NCBI GenBank assembly: GCA_002811645.1
Contig: PDIP01000007.1
Span: 116,471-180,470, forward strand
DNA length: 64,000 nt
Reading direction: 5' to 3'
DNA from: Corallochytrium limacisporum Hawaii
Lineage: Eukaryota > Protista > Pluriformea
Part shown: piece by piece, positions 11,064-22,773 of the stretch
Numbering within the stretch: the stretch's first letter is position 1
Layout: each line of letters starts with the position of its first letter
Made by a program: the position numbers and the translations under genes
The notes under the pieces: generated by a model
The model's database searches: none
What the model was told of the DNA's origin: nothing
The model's input: the letters and a program-made list of their open reading frames with translations, nothing else

Positions 11064-12050
11064 ATGAGGCCATCAGAAGACGAAGGTCCCGTAGTAGAAG
11101 ACACCGCCGCAGGTAGTGGCGTCGCTGCAGTTGCCCGTAGCACATTTGCATCCCTATTCAAGGGGTCAGGTAAGACTTTCTGGTCTCTCTTTACTCGCAG
11201 CTATGCAAATCCCCTTCGCATCATGAGGCCTGTGAAGTTCGGGACCAGCGATCTCGTGGGAAGGCACTATAAGCGCAGACACCAAACAGCCCATGCTGCC
11301 TTGGGAGCCCAATCGTTCTTCAAAGAGTATGCCACGATGGTGGCACTCAACAGCATGGCAGGATTGGCACTATTTCAAACGTACACTCAATTGTTCACGA
11401 CCCTGAAACCCCATCTCGTTGACCGACGTATGCCCCAGGCAGCGCCTGTGGCTGCCTGGATAAGTGGCTGCACAGCAGGCATGATACAAGCACCAATCAG
11501 CATCATAGGCGAGAACTTTCGGCTTTACTGTTTGGCGCATCCATTGTCTGATGAGAGCCTGGCAAGCTACCTGAAGGCCAGTCTGAATCGGACTACTGCA
11601 CATAGACCTTTCAGAGGTCTCGAACACGTCGTGTTCCGTGACGCTTTTGGTTTTGGTGCCTTTTTCTCAGGCTATCGCTTTGCCCGTGCAGAATTCACTC
11701 GCTTGGACGAAGAGCAGATGTGGGGAGTCCCGCGGACTATGATCGTGGCGACTGCAGGTGGATGGGCGGGGATATGCTACGCCCTCTGGTCACACACTCT
11801 GTTCAGAGCTGAAACCCTGATGTTTCCTGATCAGTACACATCTATTCATCGCCATCGCTCACATCATGAAGTTCTTGTCCCTGGGCATGTGATTAAGACT
11901 ATAGGCCGTACAGTTGCGTACCTTTGCAAGGGCCTGCCGCTAGCACTGGTACGTGCTGCCACACCTGCTGCGGTCGGGTTCACTGTGTACGAGTTCTTCC
12001 TTCCAGATCTCCTGAACGAAGACGAGGCAGAGGAGAAGCCGAGAAAATGA
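11064..12050 (+). CDS. Divergent mitochondrial carrier (SLC25 family) protein
   Basis: Threefold carrier-like pattern: GCTAG..., PFRGL..VFRDAFGFGAFFSGY, AGGWAG and LCKGL..VRA...AVGFTVYE. First ATG is at 11064. Confidence 0.7.
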   Translation: MRPSEDEGPVVEDTAAGSGVAAVARSTFASLFKGSGKTFWSLFTRSYANPLRIMRPVKFGTSDLVGRHYKRRHQTAHAALGAQSFFKEYATMVALNSMAGLALFQTYTQLFTTLKPHLVDRRMPQAAPVAAWISGCTAGMIQAPISIIGENFRLYCLAHPLSDESLASYLKASLNRTTAHRPFRGLEHVVFRDAFGFGAFFSGYRFARAEFTRLDEEQMWGVPRTMIVATAGGWAGICYALWSHTLFRAETLMFPDQYTSIHRHRSHHEVLVPGHVIKTIGRTVAYLCKGLPLALVRAATPAAVGFTVYEFFLPDLLNEDEAEEKPRK

Positions 12051-12428
12051 TTTACACAAAATTGTCAAGTGTCATCGTAAAGAAGCCTAAAGAAAGTACA
12101 AGATGCACACATCGGTCGCAAGTTCAGCGTGCCGGTCCCTATGCCACTTTGCTTCTCGAGTATGAATGCAAAAATGTCCATTATATATTATATTATAGCT
12201 CACAGGATTGTCAGAGATCTGGAAAGCCAATTGAATTCTGTCTATGACATCTACATGACTCCCTGATACATGACGGGGTCGTAACTCACGACATGCTCAG
12301 TCACGACCTGGATGGAGCCCTATTGTCAACGGAGTCATCTCTGAATTGTACACAGCGCCCGCTAACACCTTCAAGCCCAAGCAATTGCACAAAGCACCCA
12401 GGAGCCTGCCACATGTGTCAAAATGCAT

Positions 12429-13043
12429 TTAACAGCAGCCACCGCCGCCTCCCTGCTTGTTGAGCTGAGTGGTGTTTCCGACGTTGATCTTCTGGGTGTC
12501 CCGCTGTTGAGGAGCCGCCGTTCCCATGCGCTCCTTAATTTCGCCAGCCATGGTCAGGAAAGCCTGCTCAACGTTGGTGGCATTCTTAGCAGAGGTCTCC
12601 AAGAAAGGAATCTTCAGCTTGTCGGCAAACTCCTTTGCGGTTGTGTAGTCGACGACTTTCTTGTCGAGCAGGTCACACTTGTTGCCGACGAGCAGTTTGT
12701 TGACATTCTCAGTGGCATAGCGGTCGATTTCGGACAGCCAAGTCTGGACGTTGCTGAAGGACTCCTGGTCAGTGACGTCGTAGACAACGATGATACCGTG
12801 CGCTCCCCGGTAGTAAGAAGAGGTGATAGTGCGGAAACGCTCCTGTCCGGCAGTATCCCAGATCTGCAGCTTAATCACCTTCTTGTCCAGCTCAATTGTG
12901 CGGATCTTGAAGTCAACACCGATAGTGGAGATGTAAGATTCCTGGTAGGTATCATCAGCGAAACGGAGCAGCAAGCAGGACTTGCCGACACCAGAGTCAC
13001 CGATGAGCAGGAGCTTGAAGAGATAGTCGTATTCAGGGTTCAT
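12429..13043 (-). CDS. RAB1: Rab1/Ypt1 small GTPase
   Basis: [53 protein letters not shown] and a C-terminal GCC. Confidence 0.98.
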   Translation of the reverse strand: MNPEYDYLFKLLLIGDSGVGKSCLLLRFADDTYQESYISTIGVDFKIRTIELDKKVIKLQIWDTAGQERFRTITSSYYRGAHGIIVVYDVTDQESFSNVQTWLSEIDRYATENVNKLLVGNKCDLLDKKVVDYTTAKEFADKLKIPFLETSAKNATNVEQAFLTMAGEIKERMGTAAPQQRDTQKINVGNTTQLNKQGGGGGCC

Positions 13044-15616
13044 GGTTGCCCGATGTGTATTAATTCACAAGGAATAAATTGAGCTGGCCCTTACATACAA
13101 TGCAGCTTTATAGACTTTCGTGTGTGCCTAAAATACCATTAAGTATTGATCCCTTTTCGCGATACTTTTTTGGGCTCACAACAGCAGCCACCTGCTCCAG
13201 CGAAACGGTTGGACATTGAACCTCCAAGTCGCCTGGTTGGTTCGTTCAGAAGGCTCCCCCTGGAGCGTGTCCGTGGTATCTTGTTGTTGGCTGCAGTTTC
13301 CGACACCTGAGACATGAAAATTGGGGGAGGAGGAGGATGGAGGGGGGAATAAAAAACGATGCGAACCGACCGGAAACGTTGATTGATACCGTACGGCCCA
13401 TAAATGGCCCCGGAGTTGCGTGCTTTTGGACCGACAGGTTCAGTTTTCCCCTTGTGAGTATCATTTTTTTTTGTTTTTGTTTTGCCTTACGTGCGGAAAA
13501 AGTGGTTAAGAAAGTAAAAAGGGAAATGGGAATGGGAGCGCAGATCATGTGCAAAGAACAAACACCTCACTCAACCGAAAAGGTATGTCCCTGTCCAACC
13601 TCCCTATCACACCGGGCGGGCGGGACGACCGATGCGAAAAATTAACCCCCATTCGAAGACCCTGAACGAAAAAAAATCACCCCTCCCCCCCTTCCCTCCC
13701 CTGCCGGTCGGTCGTTGTCGAGTTCGCAATTTCCTTCTCTCTTCGTTGCGGTGGTGTTTGAACGTAGTCAACTCAGCCTACTCGGGCCGGTAGACTTGCT
13801 GCTGCTGACACTGCACCGGGACCGTGTATCTATTTTGAGCCCGGGTCCGGCGGTCTCCCACATCTCACACAAAGGGATAACACCACGCAGAAGACGGTGT
13901 TTTGGCTCGGTGACACAAGGGGGGGCCGAGGTGGCGTGTTTCCCATTAGTACATTCTGTACCGGACAAAGGCGATTCCGGCTGCAAACAGTGCGAGTGAT
14001 ACAGCTGCTGCTGTTGGACCGCGACATCAGCTGAGCAGGCAGGCACTCGTGCGGCGCACCGTCAAGTGTCGGTGAACACTCCGTGTGACTGTAGTCTGCT
14101 GGGCCAGAAATGGTTGGTATTGTGTGAATAATTCTCCTGCCCCCGGGGATGACTTACCCGTTCGAACGCGACGGCAAGGTGCCGTTGGATACCCAGGGAA
14201 ATCAACCAACCATCCGCACCAGGCCAGAAAATCCACCTCGACCGTAACCCCCGCCAATTCACCGTGGAACGAAAAGAGCCGCAGTGTTGGGAAGGGGGGG
14301 GGCGGGCACGTACCCAAAGAAAAGTGTCAGCCTCTGCTCTGCTGACCAAAGAACGAAAGATTGGGGTGGAGGGCGGGCCTGTCTGAGCAACCAAAATCCC
14401 CAATGAAGGACCTGCACCAAGCGATGAGGTGCTTCTCTCCCCATCGACTGAAACCAATGCACAGAGGGACGGAGGGACGGAGGGACGGACGCCCTTGGGT
14501 AGAAGGAGGGGGGGGGGGTTTGGTTGGAAGGAAATCTGCGGTGAGCAAGAATTAAGCGATAAAAGGGACAGTGGGAAATCTATGTCACATCGAACCGAAG
14601 GGTTCGGATGATTTGCCAGGGAGAAGGTCAAACCTCGTGATTTTCATGGAAAATTGGTGGATGAAGAAAATTCTTTGCGTGGCCCATTTGCCTGTCTGCA
14701 CTCCGCACAGGATTATTACTGAATACCGGCTCTCCAACTGCAGGGGGCAGAGCAGTAGTCCGTCTTGGCGCTCTGGCTTCGGCTCCCTTGGCACATTCAG
14801 CTGCGACCCAGCCCGGTCGGGTGCTGTGAGCACGGGAAGGTGAGAGAGAGTGGCGGAGAACAAAAAACCCAAGGGAGGGGGGGCTGGCACCTCCTCTCCC
14901 CCTCCCCCCCCTCCCGTGTCACATACTTCGTATAGGTATATTGAATGACTGGGATGAAGTTGTTCTCGCTTCGTCATTGTCGGCAGGTGTCCAATAAGCG
15001 GTCCACCAGCACCCACCACGAGCGCTCGTACTGATCAAAGACCCGTCATTCCCGTCCCATATATTGGCATACTAGGAAAGCAGGCGCTCCCGGCCTCCAA
15101 GGTTGGCAAATTCGGCCAACTCATCCGTAGCAGACAGCCGCAGGGGAAGCCAAGAGAGAGAGACTCCTCGGCCGCAGGGACGCTTGCTCGGACGGACTGC
15201 TGCGACACGTCAGTAACTGGACCCCTTTCTCTTAACAGTATTGATTCCCAAGAAGCGAAACTCTGGCCAACCCAGATGGGAGCGGAACAGATGTAGGGGA
15301 TGGTCTCCCATAGTGAATATATTGAATTCCTCTCCAATTCCCTTCCGATTGGAGGAAGCTTTGCTGTAGTAGTGTTTTGGGATTTTCAAGGGGAACTCGT
15401 GCTGCCCTGTTATGTACTCCCTTCGGTTTGCGCGCCACGCATAGTATGTGGGTATGCGGGCGCGCTAAATACGATGGTGTTATACGGTCCAAGAACAGGG
15501 GAATGTGTGTTACGGATCTATGCCCAGCTACTTGAAGATGAACTGAGTGTCAACCTAAATTGCAAAGGAGTTTTATCGTGAGGTGTGGTTTTCATGAAAG
15601 TTTAAGGATACGCACT

Positions 15617-16567
15617 ATGGCATTCAACCAGGGGCCGTACCCACCTAGTGGCCCTGGGTCACAACAGATGCCCAGCCAGGGCTTTTCACAGGGCGAAAGT
15701 GGTGGTTTCCAGCAAGGATATGGATACAACAACGGACAAATGGGATCTCAACCCGGTTTCGGATCCCAGCAGGGAGGACCTCAAGCAGATTATTCTTCCG
15801 GGCCATTCCCGCAGTCGGGAATGGATTTTGGAATGAATCCAGCAGCACAATTTGCTATGAATCAAATTGGAGCCATGGGCGGAAAAACTATGCAAGAGTA
15901 TGGACAGTATGTGAGCACTGGAGCCAACACAATGAAGTACTACTTCCAGGTAGACAATGCATATGTGTTGTCAAAACTGCGTTTGATTTTTCTACCCGTC
16001 AGGCACCCCCAGGGCTCATGGGCCAGGCAACAGCAGCAGCATCAACAACAGGGTGGCCCCCCAGTGCAGTTCAAATACCCTCGTGATGATGTCAATGCCC
16101 CGGATTTGTATATTCCTCTCATGGCGGCGATCACTCTGATTCTTACAATTGGCTTTACTTTGGGTATGCAAGACAATTTCACGCCGGAGATTGTTGGCAG
16201 TATCGGAAGCACAATTATTGCATGGCTCATTGTGGAGATCATCGTCTACTACCTCTGCTTTCACATCTTGAATCTTACGGGATCGGCCCAGCTTTTGGAC
16301 ATCGTCGCGTATGCAGGATACAAATATGTGGGAATGAATTGCATTGTCATCAGTAAGTTGGGTGGTGAGTATGTTCACTACGCAGTGGCTGGTTACATTG
16401 CATTGGTAACAGCATGGTTTACGATTCAAAATATGCGTTTGACGATCCTAGCGGATCCTTCGGGGCAGGCGGGAAACATGTACGGACGCAACAGTACACG
16501 GAACTACTTCCTGATCGTGATTGGCATTGTCCAAGCGCTCCTGTCGTACTACTTGACCCTCTTCTAG
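15617..16567 (+). CDS. YIF1: Yif1 ER-Golgi membrane protein
   Basis: KYYFQVDNAYVLSKL, PRDDVNAPDLYIPLMA and AYAGYKYV; multi-TM C-terminus. ATG at 15617. Confidence 0.93.
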   Translation: MAFNQGPYPPSGPGSQQMPSQGFSQGESGGFQQGYGYNNGQMGSQPGFGSQQGGPQADYSSGPFPQSGMDFGMNPAAQFAMNQIGAMGGKTMQEYGQYVSTGANTMKYYFQVDNAYVLSKLRLIFLPVRHPQGSWARQQQQHQQQGGPPVQFKYPRDDVNAPDLYIPLMAAITLILTIGFTLGMQDNFTPEIVGSIGSTIIAWLIVEIIVYYLCFHILNLTGSAQLLDIVAYAGYKYVGMNCIVISKLGGEYVHYAVAGYIALVTAWFTIQNMRLTILADPSGQAGNMYGRNSTRNYFLIVIGIVQALLSYYLTLF

Positions 16568-16891
16568 CCAACGTATTAGCATTTTTCTACATTATAAATC
16601 ATAGTCGTTCATCATGGATTTCCTCTGTCGTCAAATAGTAGTGCGTGGGTGGCAAGGGCTCCGGCAGCACAGCCAGTCTCGGGAGCGCAAATTCTTTGCA
16701 CATCCCCAGGGTGGGGAAAGGTGGGTGGGTCTCAGAGGTGTCACGGAGTCTCATCGATCTTTCCGTGAGACCATCATGTAGATGCTGGGCCTATCAGTCT
16801 AGGTATTCAGCATGTCCAGCCTTTAATCCATCCGTGGAGATGTCGATGACCACGGTTGAAAGGATCACAGTGTCTGCGCAACCTAAGGATC

Positions 16892-19492
16892 ATGCTTGGA
16901 GAGAAAGCCACTACGATCTCTCTGGGCTTCAGTGCCACTGAGACTCCGATGACAATTAGTGGGACCATGTCCGCCCAATTCAAAAGATTGAACACAGTGG
17001 AGTCAACGAAAGTTTCCAAGCGGAGGCAATGCACTGTCTCGAACATCACAGCCAAGAGGGGCCAGTCTTCGGCAGCGACTAGACCGGCTCAGGATCGGAG
17101 CGTTCCACTCAGCACTGTTATGGCACAGAAATCGACAAACGTGAGGCGAAAGGGCACCATGACAGGACGACAGAGGCGCCCACAAGTCTGCACTATTGTC
17201 GAATCTAGAGGGGTTGGTTGTGAGATTGGTTGTGCTTTCTATGATCCCACAACACCGTACATCGAGGTCTGCCAATTTACCGATTGGAAGACGTATCCAC
17301 ATCTCTTTGCAAAAATCCACACCTGGAGGCCAGGTACCATCATCTTCCCAGACTCCGCCATTGAGAAAGGTGATATGCTTCGACTTGTAGAGACATTGGT
17401 GAAGGAATTTGGTGACGATGCGGACATTCGCTTGCTCCCACGTCGATTCTTCAAGGATCAGCGTGGGGCGAAGGTGATTCAGCACACTTGCATCCAGGAG
17501 GATGTCTCAACACTAAAGCTTGAGCTGGAATCGAAGTTTTACGCTCTGGCCTCAGTGGCGAGCTTGTTCCATCATTTAGAAGTTGAACGACAGCTTCGAC
17601 CGATCAAAGGCAGTGTTAAGTTCATCTTCAATAGTGGCACGGGTGTGATGGTCTTGGACTACTTAACCATGAGAAACCTTGAGGTGCTGAAGAACAGCAG
17701 TGATAACACAACTCCGGGATCACTGTTTTCCATTGTCAACTACACGGCCACAAAGATGGGTGCCCGGGCACTCAGGTCCCGCCTTGCTCAACCACCTGCC
17801 AATCTAGACACCATTGAAGGGCATGTGAATGATGTGGTCTGGATGATGTACTTTCCGAAGGACTTGAACTCGGAAATGAAGAATGTTCTGCACGAGTTTC
17901 CGGACATTGATGGGATCTTATCTCGAATTGCAATGCAGCCAGGGGCGAAGAATTCCAGGCTATGTGGTGCAAAAGTTGTGGACATTTTGAAAATTCTCTC
18001 CTTTTTAACAACGGGGTCAAGGTTGCTGGATGTTCTGCAGAATAACTCTGAAGACTCTGGGCTGATCCAGCGTCTTTCCACTTTGGTATCTGATAAGGAC
18101 TATACCAAGCTGATCCAATCGGTGGGATCGAAGTTTGATGAGCCGTCTGAACAGTTCAAGTTGCTCTTGGACCTTGGAGACCCAATCTTGGAAGCTTGTA
18201 TCCGATTCAAGAGTAAGGAACGATCCCTCGCGAACGTCACCAAGTTGGCCCTTTTGGAAACCCTTGGAGATCTAGACAGCCTCACGGCTGCTCAGAATCA
18301 CAGAACTGGCATGGACCTTGTGCTGGCATATACCATTACGACTGGCTTTCATTGGAAGCTGCCAGACGGAGTTAGGGCAGACGATCTTCCAGACCATTTC
18401 GCCCAGGTCCGTGGAACCTCTGGCCATAGATGTGTGACAACACTTGCTTGCTTTCAATTGAACAACAAGTTCCGCACCCTGCTTGATGATCTCATCAACT
18501 GTGTGTACAACAGTTGCACAGACCTGATAATCGAGGATATCGTTCCCTATCTGTCCCTGCTGCACACGCTGACGGAAACAGTTGCTGAGATTGATCTGGC
18601 TCGGTCATTGGCTATCTACTCGCAGCGTGACAAGAAGGCACCACCCCAGATTGGCACGATGACGTGCCTCGTGAACGCGAGTCACCCCTTGATCGACTAT
18701 GGCAATGCACAACCCTTCACTGTTACTGCCTCACCAATGAAACCGTGCAAGGTCATTCTAGGCCAAAATATGAGTGGCAAGAGTACAACGCTGAAGATGC
18801 TAGGGACTCTCCAGATTTTGGCACAATGTGGGTCATTCGTTCCTGCACAGCAAGCCTTCTTCCGTCCAGCGGATCGCATCTTTAGCCGTATGGGTTCGGA
18901 CGATGATCTCGAATCAAGTTGCTCCAGCTTCGCCCGTGAAATGCGAGAAACTTCCTACGCCCTCCGGAACGTGACGGACTCGTCGTTGGTGCTCCTGGAC
19001 GAACTTGGTCGCGGCACTGCAGACACAGAAGGACGGGCTTTGGCATGGGCCATTCTTGAGGAATTTATCAACCGCAGCAATGCCTTCGTTTTTCTATCAA
19101 CCCACTACCAAGCCTTAGCCCATATATCCTATGCTAGACCTGAAGTTGACTGCCTCTTCATCACATATCACCGCAAGAAAGCCAAGGGTGAGAAAGATGC
19201 GCGAACTATATCCCTGACTCCTGAGGCAACTCAAACTGACCATGCTATCGAACTGGCACGCGAAGTTTTACCTACCGAGATCTGTGATGATGCAGAAGAA
19301 GTGCTCAAGGACATCCGTCAGGGTAGGGTCCATCGGGGTGGAATGGATATCACTGCAAAACCGTCAATTATGCAACTCTACGACCGGCTGGCTGATTGGT
19401 ACATTCAGGTTAACCTTGAGACGGATGACCCAGCAAAGCTGAACGCTGAACTGCGCAAGATCAAACAAGAGTACGATCGGATTGTTTTGTGA
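16892..19492 (+). CDS. MSH4: Meiotic MutS homolog 4
   Basis: No mismatch-binding domain I; IVESRGVGCEIG, NLEVL..SLFSIVNYT.T.MGARALRS, GQNMSGKST, GSFVPA, RMGSDDDLES..SSFAREM and LLDELGRGT. Exact start codon uncertain. Confidence 0.85.
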   Translation: MLGEKATTISLGFSATETPMTISGTMSAQFKRLNTVESTKVSKRRQCTVSNITAKRGQSSAATRPAQDRSVPLSTVMAQKSTNVRRKGTMTGRQRRPQVCTIVESRGVGCEIGCAFYDPTTPYIEVCQFTDWKTYPHLFAKIHTWRPGTIIFPDSAIEKGDMLRLVETLVKEFGDDADIRLLPRRFFKDQRGAKVIQHTCIQEDVSTLKLELESKFYALASVASLFHHLEVERQLRPIKGSVKFIFNSGTGVMVLDYLTMRNLEVLKNSSDNTTPGSLFSIVNYTATKMGARALRSRLAQPPANLDTIEGHVNDVVWMMYFPKDLNSEMKNVLHEFPDIDGILSRIAMQPGAKNSRLCGAKVVDILKILSFLTTGSRLLDVLQNNSEDSGLIQRLSTLVSDKDYTKLIQSVGSKFDEPSEQFKLLLDLGDPILEACIRFKSKERSLANVTKLALLETLGDLDSLTAAQNHRTGMDLVLAYTITTGFHWKLPDGVRADDLPDHFAQVRGTSGHRCVTTLACFQLNNKFRTLLDDLINCVYNSCTDLIIEDIVPYLSLLHTLTETVAEIDLARSLAIYSQRDKKAPPQIGTMTCLVNASHPLIDYGNAQPFTVTASPMKPCKVILGQNMSGKSTTLKMLGTLQILAQCGSFVPAQQAFFRPADRIFSRMGSDDDLESSCSSFAREMRETSYALRNVTDSSLVLLDELGRGTADTEGRALAWAILEEFINRSNAFVFLSTHYQALAHISYARPEVDCLFITYHRKKAKGEKDARTISLTPEATQTDHAIELAREVLPTEICDDAEEVLKDIRQGRVHRGGMDITAKPSIMQLYDRLADWYIQVNLETDDPAKLNAELRKIKQEYDRIVL

Positions 19493-19546
19493 CTTCTATA
19501 TATACATACAAGGATACCTATAAATTTGACTACTATTCTTCATCCT

Positions 19547-22024
19547 TCAATTGGTCTTAGCCTGATAGTCGTAGTCGTCCCCAATCTCCGGCTTGAACGG
19601 CTCTTTGGCGCGGCAATGCAATGTATGGCCCGGGACAACATCATCAAAACCCTCCAAGACCAAACCGCATTCTTCACCCTGCTCCACACGTTCTACCGGT
19701 TTGTTGAACTGTTTCATGGTCGTGAGAGGTACGTCCTCCTTTACAATGCGATCACCGTTGCCGGTACGAATGGTATAGGCACCATTGGCGGCAATGTAGC
19801 CCGAAGTGACCACGCAACCCGCAATATTTCGTTCTTTCCGGCCGATGCGAACCTTAAAGAGTTGTTTTACTTCCGCTGTGCCCGAGTTAACTTCACGGTA
19901 CGACCATGGCATCAGCTCTGTGATGCACTTCTTCAGATACTCCAGGTGACGGTAAATAATCGGAGAAAGGTACACATCAGTCTCTTTGTTGTCGATGGCC
20001 TGCATTGCCGTGGACTTGGTGTCCTTAGAAGCGTAATCCACGTTAAACCCAAGGATTAATGAGTCTTCTGTGGACTTGGCCTCATCCAAATCAGCCTCCG
20101 TGATAGGACCAGACAGTTTGTCCATAATGTTCAATGTCACGGAATCGTCCGGAATGCGCAAATTCGAGACCGCCTTATGCAGAGCCTCTACAGACCCAAC
20201 CACGTCGCCGCGCAAAATGAGATTCAGCTGCTTCGTGTTTGCAAAGAGTTCATGATCCCTGAGCAAGGCTGTTGTGGCCTTACCTCTATGCCTACCACCC
20301 CGCCTTTTGCGCGTCTCAGCGCTGTCCAGTTCCTCCAGCGATTTGCTATACCTGTCTCGATAGTCCTCGTCGTCAGCCAGCAACGTCTTATCGAAGTACT
20401 CCTGTTCAATCTTGGTTCGCCGTCTATAGTCAGTGACGGCGATAGCTTTCCGTTCGCCTTCAGCAGCCACCAGGAACACCTCTCCAGCTGGAGGCGTGCT
20501 GGAAAACCCGAGCACCTCAACCGCATCTCCAGGCTTAGCCTTCTTGACTGGCTTGCCTTTGTCATTGTGCATACCCCGCACACGACAATATTCCGTCCCA
20601 CAGACCATGTAGTCACCCATTTTGAGAATTCCCCGTCGGACCACAACACTAGCGCTATTGCCCACCTTCTTGCTTGTGGCACTCTCAATGACATAACCCT
20701 CTGCGGGGCCTTCAACGTCGGCACGTAGATCCAAGACGTCGGCCTGTGCCACCAGGGCCTCGACCAAAAGATCTAGGTTCTTGCGCCTTAGGGCGGAGAT
20801 TTCGACAGCCTGCACTTCACCTCCCAGGTCCTCTACTACCACTCCTTCGGATTGCAACATGCGTTTCACCCGGTCGACGTCGACGCCGGTCTTGTCGCAC
20901 TTGTTGATTGCAACCACCACGGGCACTTCGTACTGCTTTGAGAATTGAATCACTTCCTTGGTCTGTGGCATAACTCCATCATCCGCTGCCACTACTAGTA
21001 CGATCAAATCCGTGACCAGAGAACCTACTCTTCTCATTTCACTGAAGGCCGCGTGGCCTGGTGTGTCCAGGAAGGTCACTGACGTGCGATCATTTTCTGT
21101 GCGTTTGTGCTTACCATCCACAAAGCTCGGTAATTGGACACTAAAAGCACCAATGTGCTGAGTGATTCCACCAGCCTCACCTGCCGCAACTGATGTATCC
21201 CGCAGCGCATCCAACAGTGATGTCTTGCCGTGGTCGACGTGTCCCATGACTGTGACCACGGGGCGCCGAGCTGGCCATTTGCTGGTGTCGTTCGGGATTG
21301 CCCTCGGTGCTAGATCCTCTGGGGGCGTTCCAAGAAGGGGCTCGATTTCCATCTCAAGAAGAACCTCTTCAATGCTTGCCAGTGGTAGAGGATGGCTTCT
21401 TTCAGTGAGGTCGCCCTCAAAACCGACGGCACGGAATTTCTGGCGTAGCTTCGAAGGACGTATGTTGAGACGGCTGCACAGAGTTTCAAAAGACATCCGG
21501 TCGAATACTTCAACATGCCCAGGAGCTTCCTGATCAACTGATTTCTGCTCCTGGCGTTTCTGTTTTGACTTTTTGGGCCCATCTCCACCTTTCTTTCCAG
21601 TTCCACCCAAGGACAAGAATGGCTTCGACTTCTGTCCGCCAGTTCGCTTACCAGACGGCTCTTCGACAACGTTGGCTTCTTTAAAAGGTTTTGCATTCTC
21701 TTGATTCTTTTTCTTCATAGTGACTTTCTTTTGCTTTTCCTGTCGCAACTTTTTATACAGCTCAGGATTTTCGGCCTTCAACCTCTTCTTTTTATCCTCT
21801 GCTTCTCTACGCATACGTCTTAATTCGCGCGCTTCGAGAGCGGGATCTCGTCGGTACCACCGCACCGTGAGATTGTGCACTGTACCAGGCCATGATAGGC
21901 TTGGTTTCCTCAATCCAGCATTATATTTGACTATCGGTGATGCTCCGGATCCCGCAGCTCGCACCATCAGCCTGCCAGTCAGCCGACTGAGAGGACCAAG
22001 CACACTGGCAACTGATCCCTGCAT
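19547..22024 (-). CDS. MTIF2: Mitochondrial translation initiation factor IF-2
   Basis: Basic presequence; [47 protein letters not shown] and DVVGSVEAL. Confidence 0.95.
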   Translation of the reverse strand: MQGSVASVLGPLSRLTGRLMVRAAGSGASPIVKYNAGLRKPSLSWPGTVHNLTVRWYRRDPALEARELRRMRREAEDKKKRLKAENPELYKKLRQEKQKKVTMKKKNQENAKPFKEANVVEEPSGKRTGGQKSKPFLSLGGTGKKGGDGPKKSKQKRQEQKSVDQEAPGHVEVFDRMSFETLCSRLNIRPSKLRQKFRAVGFEGDLTERSHPLPLASIEEVLLEMEIEPLLGTPPEDLAPRAIPNDTSKWPARRPVVTVMGHVDHGKTSLLDALRDTSVAAGEAGGITQHIGAFSVQLPSFVDGKHKRTENDRTSVTFLDTPGHAAFSEMRRVGSLVTDLIVLVVAADDGVMPQTKEVIQFSKQYEVPVVVAINKCDKTGVDVDRVKRMLQSEGVVVEDLGGEVQAVEISALRRKNLDLLVEALVAQADVLDLRADVEGPAEGYVIESATSKKVGNSASVVVRRGILKMGDYMVCGTEYCRVRGMHNDKGKPVKKAKPGDAVEVLGFSSTPPAGEVFLVAAEGERKAIAVTDYRRRTKIEQEYFDKTLLADDEDYRDRYSKSLEELDSAETRKRRGGRHRGKATTALLRDHELFANTKQLNLILRGDVVGSVEALHKAVSNLRIPDDSVTLNIMDKLSGPITEADLDEAKSTEDSLILGFNVDYASKDTKSTAMQAIDNKETDVYLSPIIYRHLEYLKKCITELMPWSYREVNSGTAEVKQLFKVRIGRKERNIAGCVVTSGYIAANGAYTIRTGNGDRIVKEDVPLTTMKQFNKPVERVEQGEECGLVLEGFDDVVPGHTLHCRAKEPFKPEIGDDYDYQAKTN

Positions 22025-22773
22025 GTTGTCACCCTGGAATACGCAGCATGTGGGAGCGCCAAGGACGGAAAATACTCCTTGTTTCCGCTCTTGTGACCCA
22101 TCTGATGCCCATGCAAGGCCTTGTAATTACTTAAATACACCTGGTGTGCACCAAGGTGGCATAACTCGCGACCCGCAGGTTCGTTTGGAGCTGGACACCA
22201 CCCTCCCTCTTGGGATTGGCCCCGCAGCTACGCAGGGCACCGTGGGGTCCCCTAGAATCCATGTGACCCGCCCCTCCCCTGGCTGAATGCCGGGGGCCTG
22301 ATTTCTTCCGTGTCCAGTTGAATGGAACCCCGTGACATAGAAAATGGCCCGTAACTGGGTATTGATTGAAATCGTGGCCAATGGGAGGGAAAAGCAGGGG
22401 CAAAAAAAGAGACTGTGTTCCGCGGGCAGGGGAAATATCCAAGTGCGGTAGCAGTTGGGTAGAGGCGCTATACGTATCGGCTGTGGCAACCGAAGCGAGG
22501 AGGGATCGGCCTTCTTGGCGTTCACCGTGTTCCGTACCGTAGCCGTGCGAGGACGCCTACGGCTTATTGTCGTTCCGCATATTTCAGAGCCAAGACTTTC
22601 AGTATGGCAGTATTTACCTGTCCCATTCAAATCACAAAACCTTAATCATTACAACTGAAGGATTTATGCTGTGATACACTGGATAGGCTGGACAAAAGGC
22701 TATGGGATGAGTTTGACCATTCTAGCGTACGAGTAGCAAAGCTCCTGCCCTGGACGGTGCAGTGTGAGGAAAG

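Noticed and set aside
12250-12345. ATGACTCC/GGAGTCAT inverted repeat, as a possible SECIS element
   Set aside because: Neither flanking gene has an in-frame Sec-type UGA, and the stem is short.
12423-13082. 219-aa + strand ORF
   Set aside because: Antisense shadow of RAB1.
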